Shown: positions 39,516 through 47,640 of the stretch, in pieces
Position numbering within the stretch: the stretch's first letter is position 1
Layout: each line of letters begins with the position of its first letter
NCBI GenBank assembly: GCA_026416845.1
Contig: JAOAEL010000004.1
Location: forward strand, 11,271 to 75,270
Source: Patescibacteria group bacterium
GTDB taxonomy: Bacteria; Patescibacteriota; Microgenomatia; UBA8517
Length of the DNA stretch: 64,000 bases
Direction of reading: 5' to 3'
Translations under genes and position numbers: made by a program
Notes under the pieces: model-generated
The model's input: only the letters and a program-made list of their open reading frames with translations
Databases searched by the model: none
Told to the model about the DNA's origin: nothing

Positions 39516-39723
39516 ATTTACTTTTGCAATAATTGCCACTTTTTGTGTATTGGCGATGATTGTTTTGTGGACATTTCAGACTATCTTCTCTAGTATCATA
39601 ATCTCTCAAGAGATTACAGGTTTGGACACAGAATCAGAATTAAAGGTAAATCGTTTAAATGTTGACGAAGCTTATGAATTTGTTTTTAAAAAAGAGAAGA
39701 AGAGTTTATTTATTCAAGAATGA
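39436..39723 (+). CDS. Small membrane protein (possible PilP-like; start uncertain)
   Basis: ORF overlaps preceding gene by 80 nt; true start probably internal (hydrophobic FAIIATFCVLAMIVLW). Confidence 0.3.
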   Translation: MIKINLMSSMGEFCMLASKHQRPKIDKFTFAIIATFCVLAMIVLWTFQTIFSSIIISQEITGLDTESELKVNRLNVDEAYEFVFKKEKKSLFIQE

Positions 39724-39753
39724 TAAATTTTAGATAAAGCGTAATATATATGT

Positions 39754-40215
39754 ATGAAAACTTTTTTGACAAAGGGACTTACTTTGATAGAGCTTTTGTT
39801 GGTTGTGGCAATAATAGGTATTTTATCATCTACCTTGATAGTTGCTGTAAATCCCGCAAGACAGCTTGCCAAAGCAAGAGACGCTCAACGCGAAGCGGAT
39901 CTTATTGCAATACTTAGCGCGATTTATCAGTATGCTTCTGAACATAGTGGTGATTTGCCTGACACAGATGGCAATCCTAATGCAAGCAATTTCCCAACAA
40001 CATTAAGATGCATAGGGACAAATGCAACATGTTTTGACTTGGCGCGTGCTGGCGATGGCGAAGATACAATTGTTCCTGACTATATGGCAGAAATACCTGT
40101 TGATCCTCAAACAGGTTCTACTGCAAACACTGGATATTTAATAATGGTAGACGTAAATGGCCGTTTAATTGCATCTGCCAGTGGAGAGACAAAAACTATT
40201 AGAATCACAAGGTAG
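39754..40215 (+). CDS. pilA: Type IV major pilin (PilA-like prepilin)
   Basis: Classic N-terminus MKTFLTKGLTLIELLLVVAIIGILSS (G|LTLIE...) and about 120-aa globular domain with Cys pair. Confidence 0.88.
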   Translation: MKTFLTKGLTLIELLLVVAIIGILSSTLIVAVNPARQLAKARDAQREADLIAILSAIYQYASEHSGDLPDTDGNPNASNFPTTLRCIGTNATCFDLARAGDGEDTIVPDYMAEIPVDPQTGSTANTGYLIMVDVNGRLIASASGETKTIRITR

Positions 40216-40745
40216 AATTTTTTTGTTTTACCTTTTTGAATTTGATTGCAAAGATTGGATAAAGTTTTTTGACCTCAAGATAACTAAAGTTTGTTTTTAT
40301 ACCTACGACATCTTTTGTTTAATTTATATGTATATGGTAACTAAGGTTTTTAGTTATGAACCTATACTTTATTATTGAAATTATTGAAAAATTTTTTGTA
40401 ATGTCTTATCCAAAAGCTTTAAATTTATATTATATATTATTATATTATTTCTCTTGTATTTATTTTAAATAATAAATGTTTTGCTATTTTTAAGTAAGAG
40501 TTTGCGATTATAGAATTTAGAATTATAGTATTTTGATTTAACAAGCTTAATTTGCCTTTTTATAAAAAAAAGGTATAATACACTTTTGAAAAAACTCTCC
40601 CGTTTGATTTAATTATTTTTTTTCCTGCCAAAGTTTGCTTTTTTAATATTTGTTTGTATTTTTTTGGTTAGTTTTAGTATCTTTTTTAATTTAAGCTTGA
40701 TTTTTCTCCCGTAATTTTAGTTTAGTTTTTTTAAATCTAAAATAC
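40216..40745. promoter_or_regulatory. 530-bp AT-rich non-coding spacer with low-complexity (TATTA)n runs and candidate sigma70 -10 elements
   Basis: No ORF over 70 aa with sensible composition; contains TTATAAAAAAAAGGTATAAT (extended -10 like) and several A/T homopolymer tracts. Confidence 0.4.
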
Positions 40746-42722
40746 ATGGCTAAATTAGAAAGAAGTTTTTATATCGGTGAACAACCAAAAATTTTGGCTT
40801 TAGTGGAAGGTAGTATGGCTGATCTTTTAAAGGCACAGCTAAATGATTATCAAATTGATTCTTATAATAGACAAATTTTAGATTCTTTAATTTCTGGTAT
40901 ATCAACCGATGCTATATTACCTTCTAAAGCTGGTAAATTTCGTGACCCAAAAGATTTGGCCAATTATGCTTTGTCTGGTTTGCCTGGAATTAGCGAGGGT
41001 GTTGTGAATGGGAAATTTAAAGTTCTTGTAGTTGGTGGTGGTTTTGGTTGCGGTTCAGCAAGAGAACATGCTCCAAGGGCACTAAAAGGAGCAGGTATAG
41101 AATTGATAATTGTGGTTGGAGGCAAAGCTGAGAAAATTTTTAAGGAGAATTGCTTGTATTGTGGTGGACCAAAAATATTGGAATTGCCTAATGATATTGA
41201 TAAGTTGCAGTCTGTTATTGGCAAATTGAATTGTGAAGGTGAGTTTGTTTGGGCATGTGATGACATAAGTGATATCGAATTGGAAATTGTTAATGCTGGA
41301 GGTTTGCTTGAATATACAAAAAGAAGATTGGAAGGTCGGTCTAATGTTCCTTTCATATTTCATCCTTCAGTTAGTTCTAGGCATCCTATGACCGCAGTTG
41401 AAAAATTATTACACAAAAAGTTTAAAAATATTCATCCGCTTACGTCTTATGTTATGCCAGGAGATGTTGGGATTGTAGATTTAGATTTACGTTTTTCTTA
41501 TGAATTTATGACAGAAATGATTATTGAAATGCTTGTAAATACTTTTGGTAGTGATGTTAAAAATATGATCAAAGACCCTGATTCTATATTACTTTTTGAA
41601 GATCATTTGGTTTGGTTGCCGGAAAAATTTCGATCATTAATTCAATCTCAAAGAAAAATTTCTAATGATTTTAATTTGAAACTTTTTGCTCAATCTGATA
41701 ATTTGCCTGGGGCTTTAGGAATTTGCCATACACTTATTGTGGAAAATGCAATGGTTTTGCCTGGTCAAACTGTTATTGGGACTGATTCGCATACTTGTAG
41801 CGCCGGTGTTTTAGGTGCATTTGCATTTGGATCTGGCGCAACTGCGGTTGCATCTTCTTTTGTTTCTAAAGAGGCAATAGTTAGAGTTCCAGAAACCGTA
41901 AAGGTTGAATTTTCAGGGAATCTTAAACCAGGTGTTTTTGCTAAGGATGTTATGCTTTTTTTATTAAGTCAACCTTTAATAAAAAATGGAGGTGCTATTG
42001 ATAAGATTTTGGAATTTGTAGGCACAGGAATTCAAGATTGGAGTGTTGATGAGCTGTTTGTTTTAACGAATATGTCAATAGAGTGTGGGGCTCTTGGAAT
42101 AATACCTCAACCGGTGGAAAGTGTTGTTTCGCATTTGCAAAATGTTACTCGTATGAGTCGAAATGAAATAATGAATATGTATATGCCTAGTGATCCAGAT
42201 GCTAATTATGCTAATGTTTTGCATATAAATTTATCTGAATTGCAACCTATGGTAGCAACTCCAGGACATCCAACAAATGGAACTCTTTTGTCAAATTTGT
42301 TAGGGACAAAAATTACTCGAGCTTTTGTAGGTTCGTGTACTGGTGGCAAAATAACAGATTTACGGGAAGTGGCCAAAGTTCTAAAAGGTCGTAAAGTTTC
42401 TGTTCCTTTAGTTGTTCAGGTTTCTTCTATGAAGGTATATGAGTTAGCTATTCAAGAAGGTATAGTTGATATTATCGAAAGTGCTGGTTGTAAGTTGTTG
42501 TTACCCGGTTGTGGAGCATGTATTGGAATGGGTCCCGGCAGAGTGGAAGATAAATTTGATGTAATTATTTCAAGTACAAATAGAAATTTTCCTGGGAGAA
42601 TGGGTAGAGCCAGTATAAACGGCCAAGAAGTAGATGGTGGAGATATTTATTTGTCAAACCCAAGTGTTGTTGCAGCTAGTGCTATCAAAGGTTATATATG
42701 TTCAGTTAATGAATTAGACTAG
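40746..42722 (+). CDS. Aconitase-family hydro-lyase, fused small(LeuD-like)-large(LeuC-like) subunit, permuted order
   Basis: N-terminal swivel domain GGGFGCGSAREHAP (LeuD GxxFGCGSSREHA); C-terminal catalytic domain with GTDSHT, Cys ligand region SCTGG and STNRNFPGRMG. Confidence 0.8.
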   Translation: MAKLERSFYIGEQPKILALVEGSMADLLKAQLNDYQIDSYNRQILDSLISGISTDAILPSKAGKFRDPKDLANYALSGLPGISEGVVNGKFKVLVVGGGFGCGSAREHAPRALKGAGIELIIVVGGKAEKIFKENCLYCGGPKILELPNDIDKLQSVIGKLNCEGEFVWACDDISDIELEIVNAGGLLEYTKRRLEGRSNVPFIFHPSVSSRHPMTAVEKLLHKKFKNIHPLTSYVMPGDVGIVDLDLRFSYEFMTEMIIEMLVNTFGSDVKNMIKDPDSILLFEDHLVWLPEKFRSLIQSQRKISNDFNLKLFAQSDNLPGALGICHTLIVENAMVLPGQTVIGTDSHTCSAGVLGAFAFGSGATAVASSFVSKEAIVRVPETVKVEFSGNLKPGVFAKDVMLFLLSQPLIKNGGAIDKILEFVGTGIQDWSVDELFVLTNMSIECGALGIIPQPVESVVSHLQNVTRMSRNEIMNMYMPSDPDANYANVLHINLSELQPMVATPGHPTNGTLLSNLLGTKITRAFVGSCTGGKITDLREVAKVLKGRKVSVPLVVQVSSMKVYELAIQEGIVDIIESAGCKLLLPGCGACIGMGPGRVEDKFDVIISSTNRNFPGRMGRASINGQEVDGGDIYLSNPSVVAASAIKGYICSVNELD

Positions 42723-43051
42723 TATTTATGCCAAGGAAGTTTTGCGTTTGGGTTGCTAAATAATTGTGCGTTTGCAAATGATATGAAAATACCACCGACA
42801 AAAAAAGATAAAAGCGACCAACCGGAAAGAAATTTTGAACATTCTGCTTGCTGGTCAGTTTCGACTAATACTAAAGAAATTCCTATATTCAAAAAAGCCC
42901 ATGCCAAGTTTAAATATGGCGATGAAACCCTTTTAAAAGGTGTCATATGTGATTGCCCAATTACTCCTTTAATAAGATGGGGTAAGCTATTAAATAAAAA
43001 CAAGCCTGCAAAAAAAGCTTTTACAATTTCTAAAACTAGAGATTGTATCAT
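42719..43051 (-). CDS. Small membrane protein (hypothetical), antisense between two + strand genes
   Basis: 110 aa with 3 clear hydrophobic helices; alternative + strand ORF 42753..43124 looks compositionally non-coding. Confidence 0.3.
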   Translation of the reverse strand: MIQSLVLEIVKAFFAGLFLFNSLPHLIKGVIGQSHMTPFKRVSSPYLNLAWAFLNIGISLVLVETDQQAECSKFLSGWSLLSFFVGGIFISFANAQLFSNPNAKLPWHKY

Positions 43052-43098
43052 TTTTTTTAAGATTTTACTTATGTACAGTTTGTATCTTTATGATTTAA

Positions 43099-43896
43099 AT
43101 GTCAATGGTCATCTGTATGCCTGAAAGATTTAAAATAAATAGACCAAATAGATCTTTACCGGGTGTTTATTTTGGTAATGAATGGTTATTGCAAGAGTCA
43201 GAAATTGATCTTGCTATTGTATCTGGGTTAGTTGTTGCTTTGAGGATTGCAGATCAACCTCCATATGGTATTTTATTTAGAGTTGATGATTATAGTTTAG
43301 TTTCCAAAGTATGGACTTTAAAAGGTAGAATTGATAAAAATGGTGTAATAGATCCAAAATATAAACCTGTGACTGCACTTAGTAATTATCAACTAGATAT
43401 GCATATTGATTGGAATCGTTTAGATAATATGAAATTTTCCAGAGGTCAAATTGATGAATTGTTAGATTTGGGTTTTCATACAATTTTACCTTTAAAATAT
43501 ACTTCTAATATTCCAAATCATTTAAGGAGCATTGGTTCTAATGGAGAAAATATTTCGACTATGAGATTTAAAAAAGGTGGGGAAATGCATGCATTGGTTG
43601 AGAAAATTGCAAATTTAGATGCAAACGCTATAGTTGGTGGGACATCTCTTAATAAAACTGGCCAAACTGTTTATATGGATTCTGCTCAAGTGCTGTCTGA
43701 TTTTGGTGGTATTGGTAGTGTGATTGATTTGTTTGTTGTTTCTGAACTTAACAACGAAGTTAGATTGGATTTTGGTGCTTTTCACCCTATGATAGAAGTT
43801 TGTTTTAGTGGGATAAAAGTTATTCGTAAAGGTATAAATTTTGAATCTTTGATAAGTTATTGTAGAGTTAATAATCTTAAAGTTTATGAAAGCTGA
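43099..43896 (+). CDS. Hypothetical protein (265 aa) between aconitase-like and LeuA-like genes
   Basis: Coding-like composition, no recognisable motif; 3' end overlaps next gene by 11 nt (operonic). Confidence 0.6.
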   Translation: MSMVICMPERFKINRPNRSLPGVYFGNEWLLQESEIDLAIVSGLVVALRIADQPPYGILFRVDDYSLVSKVWTLKGRIDKNGVIDPKYKPVTALSNYQLDMHIDWNRLDNMKFSRGQIDELLDLGFHTILPLKYTSNIPNHLRSIGSNGENISTMRFKKGGEMHALVEKIANLDANAIVGGTSLNKTGQTVYMDSAQVLSDFGGIGSVIDLFVVSELNNEVRLDFGAFHPMIEVCFSGIKVIRKGINFESLISYCRVNNLKVYES

Positions 43897-45109
43897 AAGA
43901 TTTATTTGTGTTAGAGACGAAACTTTAAGAGATGGTTCTCAGCAACCTGGAATAAATCTTAATAGTGATCAAAGGAGAAAATTGGCTTTAATTTCTGCAT
44001 TATTGTTGAAAACTCCAACTGATGAATTTAGAAATCAAATTGATTTAGGCATGCCAGAAACGAGTAATCCTATGCTTGAAACTATTCTTCAAATATCTCG
44101 AGAAATTTTGTGTATTAGTAATGTTGATATTTTTGTAACTGGAAGATCTACTCGTAAGGCAATTGATACTATGTGTGAATCTTTGCGTGAAGTTCCAGAA
44201 GAAAAGAGAATTATTGCTCCGTTTATAGGTATTTCTGAAGAGCATAGAACAAAATTGGGTTTAAGTAAAGTTGAAATTTTAGAAAAAATCGAGCGAGAAA
44301 TAAGTTACGCGATTAATTGTACTTGTAGGGTTCATTTCCCATTAGAGGGTGGTTATGACGCTTGTTTGCAAGATCTTCCTTATTTTTTGGAAGTAATTAG
44401 ATCATTGCAAGAAATTGGTGTTGAAGCAATTGTATTGTGCGATACTGTAGGTAAAGCTCTTCCATTTGGTTTAAAAAGCAAGCTGTCTTACGGAGATGTT
44501 GTTAGTGTAATCAAACAGAATTTTCCAAGTATTAAGGTTTCGGTTCATTGTCATGATGATTTTGGATTGGCTATTGCTAACACATTAGAAGGGGTGATTA
44601 AAGGTGCTGATATTGTTGATGGAACTTTTTTTGGAATTGGTGAAAGAGCGGGCAATGCTTCTCTTCAAACTTTACTTACGCTTTTAGTAACTAGAAAAGA
44701 TTTGTTAGATATTTTGATTTTTGCAGATCTGAATAATTTGTACCAAATTTCTATGCAAGTCCAAGAAATTTTAGGGATAAAAGTTGCAGATAATATTCCA
44801 GTCGTTGGGCGCAATTCTTTTTCTCATTCATCTGGTATACATCAAGATGGAATTTTGAAAGATCCAAAAGTATATCAACCATATGAACCTCGGTTTGTTG
44901 GGCGGGAAGGTCATAATTTAGTACTTGGTTATTTATCTGGTAAAAGAGGGATAGAGTTTATATTGAAAAATAATTATGGATTATCTTTATCTGAGGAGCA
45001 GTTAGAAATTGTAACCTCACGGTTTAAAGAATCTTTTAATATGCCCGGCACTCCAGAAGAAAAATTGTTGAAAATTGTTCATGATGTTTTGGTTTCTGAA
45101 CAAAAGTAG
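43886..45109 (+). CDS. 2-Isopropylmalate/citramalate/homocitrate synthase family protein (HMGL-like TIM barrel)
   Basis: N-terminal VRDETLRDGSQQPG (DTTLRDGEQ motif) and HCHDDFGLAIANTLEGVIKGADIVDGTFFGIGERAGNASL (HxH...GERxGN). Confidence 0.8.
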   Translation: MKAERFICVRDETLRDGSQQPGINLNSDQRRKLALISALLLKTPTDEFRNQIDLGMPETSNPMLETILQISREILCISNVDIFVTGRSTRKAIDTMCESLREVPEEKRIIAPFIGISEEHRTKLGLSKVEILEKIEREISYAINCTCRVHFPLEGGYDACLQDLPYFLEVIRSLQEIGVEAIVLCDTVGKALPFGLKSKLSYGDVVSVIKQNFPSIKVSVHCHDDFGLAIANTLEGVIKGADIVDGTFFGIGERAGNASLQTLLTLLVTRKDLLDILIFADLNNLYQISMQVQEILGIKVADNIPVVGRNSFSHSSGIHQDGILKDPKVYQPYEPRFVGREGHNLVLGYLSGKRGIEFILKNNYGLSLSEEQLEIVTSRFKESFNMPGTPEEKLLKIVHDVLVSEQK

Positions 45110-45167
45110 TTTTTTGTATTTGTTTTTAGATTTTTATTCAAGTAATTAGTTTTTTGCCGTTGTTTCT

Positions 45168-46511
45168 TTGATGATTAAAGTTTTTGATGCTGATACTAAA
45201 TTAAGCAAATCTGAGCTTGCAAATTCTGCTGAAGTAGCAATATCTGCTTTGTGGAAAATAGATAAAATAATATTGACTACTACTGATATAAATTTTTTAG
45301 TAGATAAAGTTGTAAATGTGATTCTTCAAGAGCTAGGCTACATTGAATTAGGCTACGAGATAATTGTACTTTCGCTTTTTAATCGAAAGACTAAAAAACT
45401 TGAGAGAGTTTCTATATCACAAACCGCAACTGCTCAAAAAGCATTGTTAAGTTCGCCTATACCTTTTGAAAAAATCACTTTTAGTATTCGAGATGTTGAA
45501 AATTTATCAATTATGGCTTTAAGAAATCGTAAAGCTTACATAACTAACGATCTTTCTGATATGCTTTATCCTGTTGTTAAAAGAGAGATTGTAAGAAATG
45601 TGCAAAAAAAACTTGGTATTTTATCTAGCATTGTATTCCCAATATATAGTAGAGATCTTCCTTTGGGTACAATTATTTTTAGTTTAAGTAAATTGGAGTC
45701 AGAGATATTAGAATTTGAGAAACAAATCTTATTAGGTTTTGTAAATGCTGTAGGAATAGCGATAGATCATGCATTTCTTTTCAAAAAATTAAGAAATGCG
45801 AATCTTAAGTTAAAATTATTGGATAAACAAAAAGATGAGTTTTTGAACATGGCGGCGCATGAACTACGCGCTCCTATGACTGCTATAAAAGGTTATATTT
45901 CCATGATTATTCAGGGAGATGCTGGTAAGATACCAGAAAAGGCAAGAAGGTACTTAGCAGATGCCAGTGCAGTAACAGATCGTTTGGTAAGACTTGTGAA
46001 TAACATGCTTAATGTATCGAGGATAGAGGAAGGCAGGCTTATTTATCAAATAGAAAAGGAAAATTTATCTGTTTTGGTGCAATCAGTTTTTAATCAGTTT
46101 AGACCTGAGGCAGAAAGAAAAGGACTTGATTATCTGCTTGATATCCCTCGTGATATAAAGGATAAGGTTGAGGTAGATCCAGATAGAATTCAGGAGGTAA
46201 TAGGTAATCTTGTAAGCAATGCCATTAAATACACTGAAAAAGGTTTTGTTAAACTTTCTTTATCTCAATCTGAACCCGCAAGAATTCGTTTTGAAGTTTC
46301 TGACTCAGGACCCGGTATATCTGAAGAAGAATTGAAAAAGCTTTTTGGCAAGTTTTATCGAGCTGAAAGTTCTGTAGGTAAAACTACAGGCACAGGACTT
46401 GGACTTTACATATCCAAGCTTTTGGTGGAAAAGTTTAGTGGAAAGATTGGAGTTAATTCTAAATTAGGAGAAGGCAGTGTTTTCTGGTTTGAACTGCCTG
46501 TTGTGAATTAG
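45168..46511 (+). CDS. Cytoplasmic sensor histidine kinase (GAF-like N-domain + HisKA + HATPase_c)
   Basis: H-box HELRAPMTAIKGY, N-box NLVSNAIKYT, G1 DSGPGI, G2 GTGLGL; no TM segments. Confidence 0.85.
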   Translation: MMIKVFDADTKLSKSELANSAEVAISALWKIDKIILTTTDINFLVDKVVNVILQELGYIELGYEIIVLSLFNRKTKKLERVSISQTATAQKALLSSPIPFEKITFSIRDVENLSIMALRNRKAYITNDLSDMLYPVVKREIVRNVQKKLGILSSIVFPIYSRDLPLGTIIFSLSKLESEILEFEKQILLGFVNAVGIAIDHAFLFKKLRNANLKLKLLDKQKDEFLNMAAHELRAPMTAIKGYISMIIQGDAGKIPEKARRYLADASAVTDRLVRLVNNMLNVSRIEEGRLIYQIEKENLSVLVQSVFNQFRPEAERKGLDYLLDIPRDIKDKVEVDPDRIQEVIGNLVSNAIKYTEKGFVKLSLSQSEPARIRFEVSDSGPGISEEELKKLFGKFYRAESSVGKTTGTGLGLYISKLLVEKFSGKIGVNSKLGEGSVFWFELPVVN

Positions 46512-47141
46512 TTAGCCTTTTGCTTTTGATACTGCAAAAATTATACCAACTAGAATTACAAGTACAATTGCGGCAACTATGCTTGCTCTTTGCATTGCGC
46601 TAAACAGCTTTTCTTTTGGATTTGATTTTTCTTTAGTAACTTGTTCTTGATTTTGCGCAGAATATGTTTCGGTATTGGTTAAATTTAGATTAACATTTGT
46701 TGGTGTTACGCTTTCTTTAATATTAGGTTCCAGAAATGATATTGGCTCTATGTCTCCTTTCATGACCATTTTCCCAGTAGGATATTTTGCTTTCGGATCA
46801 TTTTCTATGGTTACAAATAAATTTTTGAATGGTATTTTTGTTTTTACCGATATTCTTCCTAATCCTAATTCAGCTAATTTGATTGGTGGGCTTTCGTTTG
46901 TTGGTGTTGCCCACAAAATATAATACAAGATGCTGTTATCTGCTGGATACTTAAGATTTCTACAAGTAACTGAAACTAAATAATTTGAATCTTGCATTAA
47001 AATGGATGTGGAATAACACCTGTAACTGTCTGTAGTTAAGCTTCTCATTTGTATAATTCCTTCTGAAGCATAGATGCTTTTTGTTGTTATGGTCCAAAAT
47101 AGAAAAAAAATTAGAATTGAAATTGCAAAATTTTTAAACAT
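46512..47141 (-). CDS. Secreted protein with C-terminal TM anchor (hypothetical)
   Basis: N-terminal signal peptide and C-terminal hydrophobic helix (RASIVAAIVLVILVGIIFAV). Confidence 0.5.
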   Translation of the reverse strand: MFKNFAISILIFFLFWTITTKSIYASEGIIQMRSLTTDSYRCYSTSILMQDSNYLVSVTCRNLKYPADNSILYYILWATPTNESPPIKLAELGLGRISVKTKIPFKNLFVTIENDPKAKYPTGKMVMKGDIEPISFLEPNIKESVTPTNVNLNLTNTETYSAQNQEQVTKEKSNPKEKLFSAMQRASIVAAIVLVILVGIIFAVSKAKG

Positions 47142-47220
47142 GATAATCTTATTTTATTCTTAATTGTTTGATGCTTCAATAAACATATTGTTTATTCTTT
47201 GAAAATTTTATATAAATTAC

Positions 47221-47640
47221 ATGTTGGCTTTTATGGTGTCTGTAAATCAAAATCATAAAAAACCTGTCATACTTATCGTTGAAGACGATCCTGTCTTGCA
47301 AAAAATGTATACAGAAAAGTTTATTTTTGAAGGGTTTTTTGTTCTTAATGCTCGAGATGGTATTGAAGCTTTAGAAATTAGCGCAAAAAACAATTTAGAT
47401 GTTATACTTTTAGATATCATGTTGCCGAGAATGTCTGGTACGGATTTTTTAATAAAATATAGAAAAGATTATAAATACAAAAACACCCCAGTATTGGTTC
47501 TTACAAATTTAGATGACAACGAGGAAAAACAAAAATTGTTTAGTTTGGGTGTAAAATACTATTTGATTAAGGCAATGTATACTCCGGATCAGGTAGTAAA
47601 AATTATAAAAGAAATATTAAACTCACAAACTCGTTGTTAG
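47221..47640 (+). CDS. Single-domain response regulator (CheY-like receiver only)
   Basis: VILIVEDDP acidic pocket, phospho-acceptor LLDIMLP, T/K region PVLVLTN...KAM; no output domain. Confidence 0.8.
   Translation: MLAFMVSVNQNHKKPVILIVEDDPVLQKMYTEKFIFEGFFVLNARDGIEALEISAKNNLDVILLDIMLPRMSGTDFLIKYRKDYKYKNTPVLVLTNLDDNEEKQKLFSLGVKYYLIKAMYTPDQVVKIIKEILNSQTRC

Noticed and set aside
42753-43124. 123-aa plus-strand ORF between aconitase-like gene and the 265-aa ORF
   Set aside because: Low-complexity basic sequence overlapping a more membrane-protein-like minus-strand ORF and the start of the next gene; likely non-coding.
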